Shown here: piece by piece, positions 1-13,500 of the stretch | How the letters are laid out: the number at the start of each line of letters is the position of its first letter | How positions within the stretch are numbered: position 1 is the stretch's first letter | Source of the DNA: a virus | Lineage: Duplodnaviria; Caudoviricetes | Reading direction: 5' to 3' (one strand) | IMG/VR virus record: IMGVR_UViG_3300023174_000037 | DNA length: 64,000 nt | The notes under the pieces: generated by a model | Databases searched by the model: none | Told to the model about the DNA's origin: nothing | What the model saw: only the letters and a program-made list of their open reading frames with translations | Made by a program: the position numbers and the translations under genes

Positions 1-1
1 T

Positions 2-1594
2 CCATTAGAAATATATCTTGATGGAACCAACCAAGGCGAAGGTAACTTTCCTAGTGGGCTAGGTCCTGTTGTGATAAACGATTATGTGCCTACTGGCGCA
101 ATCGCTGTTCAAGTTATACCTATTTTTGTTAAAGAAATACCAAATAGTTTGCAAACCAGTATGGCCGAGCAAATTACTTTAAAAAGAAACTTTGGTCTAG
201 GCTACGATAGTCTTGGCACAATCACCGGAACCTCTGGCACATGGTATCTAATAACCACAACGAATTTGGATGTTGATGCACCGTGGAGTCAAGCCAATGC
301 TGGCAATACATCCGGTGCTGGACTGGATGCAAGTTGGTTTATTGAATTTGTGTTCAACAGCGGATTTTACACTGTTAGTTTCCGTGCGCTTGATTATTAT
401 TTTGGAAGTGTAACTCAAACTAGATTTTTCTTCAGTGGTGATCAATTGGTTTACGACAGCAGAACCGGCACGACTATTAGCGACTTTATAAATGTGTTAA
501 AAACCAACAGTCAGCCTACATCAGCGGCCCCACTGGGGTCAGACATTATAACTAAAATAGTAGGACAACCTATACAAATTGACGGCTTGGTTGACGACTA
601 TCAGGTGTTGGTATCGTTCTCAGACAGAAACAACGATGGTGTACCAGACAATCCTGACTTCTTTCAAGAAGTTGTTGGACCAGTGCCCAATCCAGCATCG
701 GCTGTGAGCCCATGGGTATTTTTAAAACGCATTGTAGATTTTGATAATTTGCAAAGATATGTATTAATTGATTCGGGCATAGTCAACAGTCAGTATGCTA
801 CAGAAAATGATGTGTTAGCAGTTCTAGCTGAATATGTCCCAGGTCAAGTATTTTACACCTATACAGACGATGCATTTTATATACTGGTAGCGGATGTTAC
901 AACCGGTGTTCGTTCGTTGGCAGCAACTGACGAATATATTGCTCAAACTGGACGACAGAACTTGTTTTTCCAATACAGGCACAACAGTCCGCTGACCAAC
1001 CGAATTGATCCAGGTACTACCAATATCATTGATGTGTATGTAGTGACCAACGAATACTACATAGCCTACACAAATTATATTCAAGATACTACAAACACAG
1101 TTACGGAACCTCAACCACCCACTCTTGATTTTTTAAACACTGCCTATGCTGGGTTAAACAATTATAAAATGTTGTCAGACACCATGATCATGAACAGTGT
1201 GCAATTCCAGCCTCTGTTTGGAGCCAAGGCATTGCCTGAACTTCAAGCAACAATTAAAGTTATACGTGCGGCACAGAGCGTGGCCAGCACTAGCGAAATT
1301 CAAAACTTGGTAGTGCAATATCTCAATCAATATTTTAGTTTGGATCTATGGGACTTTGGTGACACATTCTATTTCTCAGAGCTGTCAGGTTTCTTGCATG
1401 ACAAGTTGGCTGGCATTGTGAGTAGCGTAGTTTTGGTTCCTCTCAACCAGGATAAGTATTTTGGAAGCCTATACGAGATTCGTTGTGCCCCAAATCAAAT
1501 ATTTGTGAACGGAGCCACTGTGCAAAATGTTGAAGTAATTACTGCATTGACTAGTACCAATATACGAACTGCTCCTGGCAGCGGAGTAATTTAA
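2..1594 (+). CDS. Baseplate wedge-like virion protein, C-terminal part (5'-truncated by window edge)
   Basis: Frame is open from position 2 (PLEIYLDG...) through track ORF 71..1594. C-terminus (FGDTFYFSELSGFLH...LVP...FGSLYEI) resembles large-phage baseplate wedge proteins. TAATG coupling to the next gene. Confidence 0.6.
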   Translation, partial: PLEIYLDGTNQGEGNFPSGLGPVVINDYVPTGAIAVQVIPIFVKEIPNSLQTSMAEQITLKRNFGLGYDSLGTITGTSGTWYLITTTNLDVDAPWSQANAGNTSGAGLDASWFIEFVFNSGFYTVSFRALDYYFGSVTQTRFFFSGDQLVYDSRTGTTISDFINVLKTNSQPTSAAPLGSDIITKIVGQPIQIDGLVDDYQVLVSFSDRNNDGVPDNPDFFQEVVGPVPNPASAVSPWVFLKRIVDFDNLQRYVLIDSGIVNSQYATENDVLAVLAEYVPGQVFYTYTDDAFYILVADVTTGVRSLAATDEYIAQTGRQNLFFQYRHNSPLTNRIDPGTTNIIDVYVVTNEYYIAYTNYIQDTTNTVTEPQPPTLDFLNTAYAGLNNYKMLSDTMIMNSVQFQPLFGAKALPELQATIKVIRAAQSVASTSEIQNLVVQYLNQYFSLDLWDFGDTFYFSELSGFLHDKLAGIVSSVVLVPLNQDKYFGSLYEIRCAPNQIFVNGATVQNVEVITALTSTNIRTAPGSGVI

Positions 1595-4500
1595 TGGCTC
1601 GTACCAGATCAGTAGATTTCTTACCAGAAATCTTTCAAACCTCTACCAACCGACAAGTGTTAGCTGCAACCTTGGATCAAATGATCCAAGAACCTCAGCT
1701 GAAGCAAATACAAGGATTTGTAGGACGACGTGTTGGTCCTGGAGTTATTCCAGGAGATTATTATGTTGCAGAACCCACAGCAACCCGAACCAATTATCAA
1801 CTTGAGCCAGGTGTGGTCCAGATTGATCCAACTGATAGTAAAAAAGTAGTTGATGCCATAACATATCCTGGCATAACAGATGCTTTAAATCTACAAGGCG
1901 CAGTTACTCAGAACGCTGATCAGCTTTACACCAGCGAGTATTATGCATGGGATCCGTTTGTAGATTTTGACAAGTATGTAAATTATGCACAGTATTATTG
2001 GTTACCTGGTGGTCCAGATGCTGTTGATGTGTTTACAGGAGCAAAACCTCTTACCGACAATTTTGTAGTTACTAGAGCCAATGGCAATTATACATTTTCA
2101 GGTGAGTCCGGAGAGAATCCTACTTTAACATTGGTGCGCGGTGGCAGTTATACATTCCAAATAGCGCAAAATGAAGCAAGCAGTGTCAATTTCCGTGTAT
2201 CAAATCAAGGTACCAGTGCTTGGGTAATCGATTATGTAAATAATCCCACGTTGACTTTGGTGCGTGGTAACACCTATACATTTACCCTGGTATCTACTCC
2301 AGCATTGCCGTTCTACATCAAAACACAACAAACGTTGGGCATCAACAATTTGTTCACGGATGGTGTAACTAACAATGGTGCAGCCACAGGAACAATAACT
2401 TTTGTTGTGCCACAAAATGCACCTGATACATTATACTACAACAATTCTACACAGATGAACATGCAAGGTGTGTTTACGATTGTAGATGCTAGTCCTGGCA
2501 CTGGTCCAAATTTTTGGATTCAAACAAGTCCTGGCGTAAACGGCCGCATACCTGCCACGCCTAACATTAGCAGTCGACTTGGCCCAGTAAATGGAGTAAC
2601 CAACAATGGCATTGATCTTGGCACAATAACTTTTGAAGTTCCATCAAAGAATGATCAAGATTTTTATTATAGTCTTCCTTATATCAATACCAATGGCGGC
2701 CAGGTAAATCTTATAACTGATTTGCAATTTGATCAACTTAACAATGTGTTTGTTGATCAGTTCTTGGCTGAATATCCAAACGGTATTGACGGCATTACAA
2801 ATCTACAAGGCCGCACAATTGTTTTTACAGAACCCGACCCAGATCCGTCGGCAGGCGGCTGGCTGGTTAAATCACAGTTTGACCCATTGGTCAGAACAGC
2901 ACCGCCTGCAACCCCAGTGATAGCAGGCCCAGGATCTTTTGATAGCTTAGAATTTGATCAGACTACACCAATTGCAGATGTGGCAATTCAGCGCAGTGTT
3001 TGGCAAATACAATATGTAACTGCCGATGGCGGAGGCCAGTATATGCGTTTGACCAGCATATACGACATACCGGATTTGTATAAATTCAATATTCAATTTG
3101 GTGAAGTATATTCCAGCACCAGTTGGTACAAAGACGAAAATGGTGCTTTCCAACAAATTCCGTTGTTGGCAGCAATTCAAGACAGACTGTATTATCAAGA
3201 TGGCATTGATCCTGGTATATTTGGCGAAATAAATGTTATTGATCAAAGTGCCGCTGACTCGTTGGATATTTTAGATATACTTGGCAAGAAAAATTATATC
3301 AGCCCCAACGGTGTGGTGTTTACCAATGGACTCAAAGTTCAATTCAATGGATCAGTGGTCCCTGCTGGTTATCAAGGAAATAACTATTATGTTGAAGGGG
3401 TGGGCACGGCCATACAATTGTTGCCAGTTACAGATTTTGTAACACCTGAAACGTATACACAAAGTAGTTCGGTACCATACGACAGCACTCTTTATGATTT
3501 TGGAAATTATGATGCCAGTTTAAATCAACCAGCACAACCAGATTATTTGACGATTAATCGATCAAGTCCTGATTTAAACCCATGGACACGCAGTAACCGC
3601 TGGTTTCATGTCAGCGTAATTGAACAGTCAGCCGCATACAACAACAGTGTATTAATTGTAGACAATGCACTTCGAGCTCGTCGACCTATATTGGAATTCC
3701 GCGGCGGAACCCGGTTAATTGATTTTGGCACCAAAGGTAAACAACCAGTAGACATTATTGATTTGACAAATACAGATGCGTTCAGCACAGTCAACGGCGC
3801 TACTGGCTACGGTGTTGATGGATATAACTTAATAAACGGTAGTCGCATTATATTTGCCGCAGACATTGACCCAGATGTGCGTGATAAAATATATGTGGTA
3901 GAATTTATAACACCTGACACTGTGCCTCCGTTGATAGCTGAACCAGTGATCAATCTAGTACCAGCAACAGATGCAGATGTATTGGTTGATAATAGCGTGG
4001 TATGCCTCAGCGGGCTTACACTGCAAGGCAAAAGTTTTTGGTTTGATGGAGTTAGTTGGATCACTAGTCAACAAAAAACGTCAGTTAATCAAGCTCCTTT
4101 ATTTGATGTTTATGATGCCAATGGTGTAAGTTTTTCTGATCCTATTGTATATCCTAGTAGTGATTTTAGAGGATCTAAATTATTTTCTTATGCTCCGTCT
4201 AGCAATGGTAAAGATCCTGTATTAGGGTTTGCTATCAAGTATCTAAGTTTGTCAAACATTGGCGACATAGTGTTTGACAATAATTTATACACTGACACTT
4301 TTAACTATACTGTAGACAGTGTAGGGTATACTAAAAATATTAGTCTAGGATTTGTTCGCGAGTATCAAGACCGAGTTACCTACCAGCGTGAGTTGGGCTG
4401 GCAAACTGCTGTAGTTCCAAGCCGTGCAAGACAACAATTCCAATTTAACTATGATGGCACTCCATTACAACTTGATGTTGCGGCCTTGTCTAGCACAGTA

Positions 4501-7500
4501 ATTCCAAGTATTCAATTATTTGTAAGCAGTGAGTTTCAAGCACCCTACAAATATTCAGTAGCAACAACCGCTGACAGCACCACAATAACCTGGACGGATG
4601 CCAGCTATGACAACGGTGTGGCATTTGCCACAGGTGATATTATTGAAGTGCTGGTGCTGAGTGATCAGGCCAGTAAAGTGGCATTTTATCAAGTGCCTAT
4701 CAATCTTGAAAACAATCCACTCAACGTCAACAGCCCTTACTTTACAGTTGGCACGGCCAGAACACACTACGAATCAATCTGTGAAAACCTATTAGATTTA
4801 GTTGGACCAATCAACGGTAACAACAACACTCGAGATCTGGGCAATATTATTCCTTACGGCACTAGCATTATACAAAATAGTGCGCCAATGACCTTGGCTG
4901 GATATTTTATGAGGTCAAAGCAATACAATATTTTTGACTCATTGGCCTACAGCAGTAGAGAATACGAACAGTATAAAGCACAATTGTTAAATGCAGTTGT
5001 AACAACCGATTACACAAATTATACAATTCCAGCCATGCTGACAGCAGTTGTTACACAGTTGGTTGCTGGGCGTACCCAGGTCAATCCGTTCTACTGGACA
5101 GATATGTTGCCGGCCAATCCGGTGTATACCTCAACCACAACAACCTATTCGCTGATATCAACACCTGTATTCAATCTTAACACTACCTACGACTTTACCA
5201 GTTCAAACTATCAAAGTGTATTGGTCTATGTCAATGACGTTCTTTTACAAACCAATTATGACTATGTTGTAAGCACAGACGCTCCGTCACTGACCATAAC
5301 CGTACCACTTAATGTAGGCGATGTTATAACCATACAAGAATATGCCACTACCTATGGAACGTTTGTACCTAATACTCCTACCAAGTTAGGGTTGTATCCT
5401 GCGTTCCAGCCCAAAATATATTTGGATACAACTTATGTTAATCCTACATTGGTAATTCAAGGACACGACGGAAGCCTTACAGTAGCATTTGGTGACTTTA
5501 GAGATCAGTTGTTGTTGGAATTTGAAACTAGAATTTTCAACAACTTAAAAATTAAATCTGAAGTACCATTGACCTTAACTGATGTTACTCCTGGACAATT
5601 TAGATCAACTGGATATAGTTTAGCAGAAATCAACGACATATTGGCACCTAGTTTTTTAAGTTGGCTAGGTTGGAACAAATTAACCTATGCTGAACAAACC
5701 TACAATTCTGCAAATCAATTTACATGGAATTACAGTGCTGCAGGTAACAGACTCAGTGGATCAACTACCGGCACCGAATTGCCTTTGCCGGTTGGCGCCT
5801 GGCGCGGGATCTATCAATATTTTTACGACACACCAACTCCACAAAGCACACCGTGGGAAATGTTGGGATTCAGTCAAGAGCCCGATTGGTGGACCGAAAC
5901 ATACGGTCCGGCCCCATACACCTCTGGCAACTTGATTCTATGGGAAGATTTGGCCGCAGGCAAAGTGGCAGATCCTGCAGGTGCATATTACCTACCTAAA
6001 TATGCCCGCCCAGGATTGGTAATGTATGGTGCAGGAAATATTTCAATGCAGAGCGGAGGCTCTGGATATAGTGCTCAAACAACAGTAACTATTTCAAATC
6101 CACCGGCTGGCGACTATTCTACTCCGGCCACACTCGGAACACCAGTTATTGTTGGTGGAGTAATTGTGTCAATACCAGTGACCAATCCAGGTCGTGGGTA
6201 TACTTCTCCGCCAGACATAATTATTAAAGATCTTGGTGGCGGTACTGGCGCCAGAGCATCATGCACTCTCACTCGAGTTCAAGATGTCATACCTGTTGAC
6301 AGCGAAGGTAATTTATTAAGTCCGTTTTTCAGTGTAGTAGGATTATATGATTCCAGCCAGTGGCAAAAGAGCTGGGTGTTTGGTGATGAAGGACCGGTTG
6401 AATATTCATGGCGTACCAGCTCCGCGTTTCCATTTGCAGTCATGCGATTGTTGGCACTTACACGTCCGGCTAAATTCTTTAGTTTGTTTGCTGATAGAGA
6501 TCTTTACAAGTATGACGCAGATCTTGAACAATACTTATACAATCAACGTTACAGACTTGATGCCAATGGTGTAGAAGTGTATGGCAACGGCCTTAGTAAA
6601 GCCAGCTACATTGATTGGATTGTTGATTATAATCGTCAATTGGGCATCAACTCAACAGACAAACTAGCAGAAGATTTGTCCTTGCTTGACGTAAGACTGT
6701 GTTATAGAATGGGCACATTTACAGACAAGCAGTATCTTAGTATTATTGCAGAAACATCCAGTCCCGACAGCACAAATAGCAGTCTACTGATACCTGACAA
6801 CAGCTATAATTTATTGGTATACAAGAACCAACCATTTAGCCAAACTTTGTATAGTGCGGTTGTTATTCAAGTGGTTGACGGAGGCTGGTCAGTTACTGGA
6901 TATAGCTTAACCAATCCATATTTTGAAATATTGGCCAGCCGAACCGGCGGTCCAACACGGGTTATCACTGCCGGCGGCACAAGAGTCACTGTTCCAACTA
7001 CCTATACTCAAAATGTTGTGCAGGTACCTTACGGGTATGTGTTTACCAATCAAACAGTTGTGGCTGACTTCTTATTGAGCTATGGTGCTCTATTGGAAAG
7101 TCAGGGTCTAGTTTTTGACGCAAGAGAAAACGGCACCACACTAAACTGGAATCAAATGGTTCAAGAGTATCTGTATTGGGCCAACCAAGGATGGATGACA
7201 GGCAGTGTAATCAGCCTAAATCCTACTGCTCAAGAGTTGACCCTGGTTACTCCTGAAGCAATTGTTGATTCAATTGTTACGCAGACTCCAGAAAACTTGA
7301 TTCTAGATCAAAATAGAACCACAATTCCTTCATCTCAGTTGGTGATAGATCGTTACGAAAACACCTTTAAGGTAACCAGCTTAAACGAACAAACAATAAG
7401 TTATATTGCCCTGCGCTCGACCAGTTACGAGAGTCTGGTTATTTTAGATAACGTTAGTGTGTTTGGTGACCTATTGTACGATCCAGCCACAGGTGCAAGA

Positions 7501-10500
7501 CAAAGCCGTGTTAACGTTGTAGCAACAGTTGCCGCTGAGTGGAATGGCCAACTAGACGCACAAGGATTTATAAACAACAATACACAAACAGTAAAAGAAT
7601 GGCAACCTTTGCAGAAATATACCAAAGGCGAAATTGTCATTTACAAAAATAATTATTGGCAAGCTCTTAATATCATTCAACCTTCTACACAGTGGAATCA
7701 ATCCTTGTGGTCGCAAAGTAATTACACTAGAATACAAAGTGGCCTGCTGCAAAATATTCCATTGCTGGCCAACCAATTGGCCACCAGTTACGATGTCAAC
7801 CAAGCCAACCTACAAACCGAACAAGATTTATTTGCCTTTGGACTGATTGGATTCAGACCACGTCAGTATATGACTGATTTGAATTTGGGTGATATAAGCC
7901 AAGTTAATCTGTATCAACAGTTGATCAAAGACAAAGGCACTCTCAACAGTGTGCGTTTGTTGACCAATACCAATCTCAACAAAGAAACTGCACAGTATCA
8001 GGTGTATGAAAATTGGGGAATTCAACGAGGCATATATGGCGCCAATGCCAATCGTAGATTTGTTGAAATGCGACTCAACGAAGCATTGTTAACATCAAAT
8101 CCAGGAACGGTGCAAATCATTGCTCCTCAAGAAGTTAGTGTAGCCGATCAAACCATATTGTATGAAAATTTATGGAGAGAAAGTTATAATGTAACCAGTC
8201 CAGATATTTTTCCAACTGCCATTATGCCAGTTGCAGATTCTGCATTGCCCAGCGCAGGATACGTAAATTTAGAAGACGTAGATATAACAGTGTTTGATCT
8301 TGATGGTCAACTAGGACTAGCCGATGGTGTGTTAAACACCATTGGTATTGGAACCACAGTTTGGGCTGCAAAAAGCAATGCCTACGATTGGAATGTTTAT
8401 AGATGTACCGAGGTTCCAGGTTATATAAGTTCTGCTGCGCCAAACCTTAACGGCACTGCAATTGTAACATTTACCCAGCCACCTGGGTTAGTAGTGGGCG
8501 ATGTCCTTATAATTAGATTTTTAGACCCCACAGTCGACGGAGTATACAATGTAATAGCGTTACCTGGGTTAACCTCAGTCGCAATAGCGTTGACAATATC
8601 AAATACTGTAACCGGCACCGGCTTAGGATTCAGCCTACAGACCATGCGTGTCAATCAGGCCAGCGATGTGTTGAATCTGCCTTATACAGCGGCGCTGGGC
8701 CCAGGTGCCAAGGTTTGGGTAGACAACGACGGAACTGGGCACTGGGAAGTTTTGGAAAAAACTGATCCTTTTACCGATGTTGGAGCCATTGAGCCAACAG
8801 TGCCAGCTGTTGATTCAGGTTATGGTAGTGCTGTTGCACAGGCATATCAAAATATTGTTGCCATGGTAGGAGCCCCGGGCTATGGAACCGCTGGTGCAAT
8901 TTATACCTATGTTAAAGATGTCACCGACAGTTACTCTGAGAATTCTATTTTATTGTTGAATGCTGATCAAACTCTTGGCTTTGGCAATGCTATGCAGATA
9001 GGATATCAAAATTGGGCTGTGGCCGGCGCCAGTGCAAGTAGAAGTAATCAAGGTTATGCTGTTGCAATATATCGAGCCACAGGCAGCACAGCATTTGAAC
9101 AACGTCAGCTATTGATACCACCCGACGGTGACTATAGCAATGCTGAATTTGGCTACAGTGTAACTGTGAGCCAAGACGAGCAATGGATGTATGTGTCGGC
9201 TCCGGGACAAAATAAAGTTTATCCATATGGTCGTGTAACCATACCAGGCCAGACCGCACAATTTATTACTCCGGGCACTTATCGAGTTTATGATGTAGGC
9301 GGCATTATTGAATTTGACAACGAATTACAACTAGCAGTGGTATTAAACAACGAACTGTTGACCATTGGTGTTGATTATACTGTGGGCGGCACTGTTGTTA
9401 ACCTAGCCGGAATTCCAGTAGAAGGTCAAAAATTAATAATAACACGCAAAGTTCAACAAGATTACATTGGCGACGGTGTTGAAACTGTTTTTGATCTAGG
9501 ACCATTCTTATACACAGCTGACAATATTGATAGTTTTGTTGTGTCGGTTAATGAAGTAATACAAGTTCCTGATTTTGATTATACATTCAGTGCTACTGGT
9601 GATTATCCAATAACATTTACGACCGCTCCAGATGCCGATAGTGCAATTAAAATATTAACTGGAACTTATTGGCAACCAATGGATGCCATTGAAGGGCCGG
9701 CATCCTCAAGATTTGGTTCAGCTATTCATACCACAACGGACGGTCGCCAAATTATCATTGGCGCCAGCGCCGACGAATCAGACCCGGGGTTAAATTCTGG
9801 AGCAGTTTATGTGTTCAATCGCAGCGTAACACGTTACATCATAAGTGATACTACACAGCTCACTTATGCGTTACCGGCGGGCTATCAAGATCCTGTGGCA
9901 GTGATTTTAAATAGTGTATACTTGACCAACACAGCTCAATATATCAATGGCCAATTCACAGTAACTGGTGGTGATGTAGTATTAGGTGTTGCACTAAATG
10001 TAGGTGATGTATTAGAAATTGAAAGTAATATTTTCACTCAAGTTCAAAAGATAGTACCAGAGGCCCCATATGATGAATCCGCGTTTGGTGCTGCAGTTGA
10101 TATCTGTCCAAATAACTGTAGTATATACACAGGTGCTCCTGTTGACGGAACAATACTGTTAGCAGCCGGTTCAGTGCAACGAAATGTCAACCAGGCTCGA
10201 GTGTATGGAACAATCACATCTACCAACGCAAATCCTACATTGACTGCTGGTGACACTATACTTGTTAATAACATGCCAGTGGCAGTTCCTGCCAGCCCAA
10301 ACAATACAGTTACTGGACTAAAAAATGCTATTATCGCAGCCGCAATACCCAATGTCACTGCTTCTGTGGCCGCTGGATTGTTGACCATCAACATAGTAAA
10401 TGTTGCGGCCGCTGACGCATACAACAGATTGACTGTGTGGCCTGGAATAACTGGCACAGCATTTGACGATCTTGGATTCAACACATATGCATATACTCAA

Positions 10501-13500
10501 ACTATTGTCAGTCCAAATCCATCTGCCAGTGCAAACTTTGGTGCCGCACTAAACATTGACACAACAGCATTGACACTGGTAGTTGGCGCACCACGTGGTG
10601 ATTTGTACGAAGCTGTGATTTTTGACAACGGAACTACATATTTTGACGATCGTAGCACCACATTCTTTAACGAGATTTTAGAAAGTGGTGTGGTATATAC
10701 TTTTGATTATCTGTCCAGTGCCACTGACACAGTTACAAATCCTGGAAATTTTGTCTTTGGTCAACAAGTATATGATAATCAGACAAACACTGCGGACCAA
10801 TGGGGTGCAGCTGTTAATTACACCACTGGTAAACTACTAATAGGAAGTCCAACTGGCGCAGACAATTACGGCCGGGTTGGACAATTTATCAACTTAGATC
10901 GATTGCCTGCATGGAAGATACTGCGTCGCCAGCAACCAGTGGTTGATGTTGCGTTGTTAAACAGTGTATACATGTATAACAAATTACAAAGTCAAGAAAC
11001 ATATTTCTTTGATTTCATTGATCCGTTGCAAGGTAAGATACTAGGAGTTGCTAGACAAAATATTGATTTTATTAGTCAAGTGAATCCAGCTCAGTATAAC
11101 TTTGGGCCGATCAATAATATTGGTAACTTCTGGGGTTCAGAACGAGTAGGAACCATCTGGTGGGACACAACAAATGCACGATTCATTGATCCAAATCAAG
11201 ACAACATTGTGTATTCTAGTCGCCGATGGGGACAATTATTCCCTTCCAGCACAGTGGATATCTATCAATGGGTTGCCAGCTCAACACCACCAGCTGGCTA
11301 CACCGGTGAAGGAACACCATTAAATACCACCAGCTATTCAGTGAGAGCACAGTTAACTACTACTGGCACGTTTGAAACTGTTTATTATTTCTGGGTCACA
11401 GGAATTACAACCATTGCTATCAATGAAGGAAAAACTCTCAGTACCACTGGCATTGCCAGATATATTGAAGAGCCACGCAGTAGCGGAATACCTTATATTG
11501 CCGCACTCAACGCCAGCACAGTGGCAATCTATAATGGATCGCAATATCTTTCAGCCTTTGACACAATACTGCACGTGGATTTTTCACAAGAATTATCAGA
11601 CGCAAATATTCATACTGAATTCCAATTGATTGCTGACGGAAATCCAAACAGTTTCCTTGCTGATAATCTTTATCAGAAGTTACAAGACAGTTTCTGCGGA
11701 TACAATCAAAATGGCGCTCAGGTTCCTGATCCATTCCTAAGTCCTCCAGAACAGTATGGTGTAGCGTTTAGTCCACGCCAGAGTTTGTTTGTTAATCGTT
11801 TACTAGCATTAGAAAACTATCTAACTAGAACCAACGAAATACTAAAGTATTTGCCTATTGTTGAACAGCGCAGATTTATATTGTTAAATTCTAGCGAACC
11901 TGTTCCAGCTGCAGGCAGTGAAGAATACAACAAAGTGTTGGATAACATTGAACAGTTAAGTTTTCAAAATCTAAACCAAGTTCCGTTGGGATACAAATAT
12001 TTAATTCTGTCAGACAGCACATTTAATGGCGCCTGGACAATTTATGAGGTTATTCTAGCGTCCAATGCTCCTGCGGCTCCTAAAGTCACACAGTTGTTTA
12101 GAATTCAGAATTTTAATACAAAAAATTATTGGTACCATATTGATTGGTATAGATTGGGTTACAATTCTTCAACAACACCAGTTGCCCAAGTTCCAAATTA
12201 CGCTAGCCTTGTAACACTCAATGTCACAGTAGGTAGCAGTGTCAAAGTTACAGCCAACGCTCAAAATAAATGGGAAATATATCTCAGAACCGACACTGGA
12301 TGGGATCGTGTTGGTCTACAAGATGGCACTATTGCGTTTGATAACACCTTGTGGGATTATGCCGCCGGCCGTTATGGATTTGACGCCGAAGTGTTTGATG
12401 CCCAGTATTATGATCAAGAACCTGTAATAGAAACACGAAATATCATACAAGCAATTAACAATGAGTTATTCATAAATGACCTGGCTATTTTCAAGAATCA
12501 ATTGTTAATTTTAATGTTCAAGTTTATATTAACCGAAGAACAGGCGCCAGACTGGCTGATGAAGACCAGCTTTATCAATGTTCGTCACGATATCAGATCA
12601 TTGTTGCCGTTTCCAACGTATCGTCAAGACAATCAAGATTTTGTGTCAGACTACCTGCAAGAAGTTAAGCCATATCATGTGCAGGTTAAACAGTTTAATT
12701 TGGTATACAAAGGACAAGATGAATATCCTGGATTTGCCACGGACTTTGACAATCCACCATACTACGATACCTCGCTAGAAATACCGCAGTTTGTCAGCCC
12801 AATTTTATTACCGTATACCAAGAGCACTGCGGTAGGAACCGGCCGGCCTAGTGACATTGCAGATACACCAGCCAACGCAGAGATATGGGCAACAACACCT
12901 TGGCAAGAATGGTACAACAATTATTTGTTAAGTTTAACGTCAGTCAGTGTTACTGCAACAGGATCTGGATATGCCACAGAACCAGAAGTGATCATTGGAA
13001 CCGAATGGACAGCCGACACAGCGTATACGCTAGGTCAACAGGTATTTTATGGATCCAATTTATATTCAGTAACTGTGGCCGGAACTTCTGCTGATGTTCC
13101 GCCATCATGGGTCACTGGTAGTGAACTAAGTGGTACAGCCACATTAACCTATGTTGGAACGCCGGCCACAGCGGTAGCAGTTATCAATTCTCAACTGCAG
13201 GTGATAGCAGTCAATGTTGTTGATGACGGTGCCGGGTATACAACAAATCCTGTGATAACATTTGTAAGCGCCACTGGTACAGGCGCACAAGCTCGGGCCA
13301 ACATGGGCAATCCGCTGGTTCGAGAATTCAATTTGACTATTAAGTATGACCGCTACGAGTATGTAAGCACTATTACTGATTGGAATTATTTGGTAGCTGT
13401 GTATCCGGCCAACACGCAAGTTCGATTTGCAGACACTGTATGGCAAGCAATTGATACTGTAACCAACACTCCAATTGTGCTCAATTCAACAGGAACCGCT

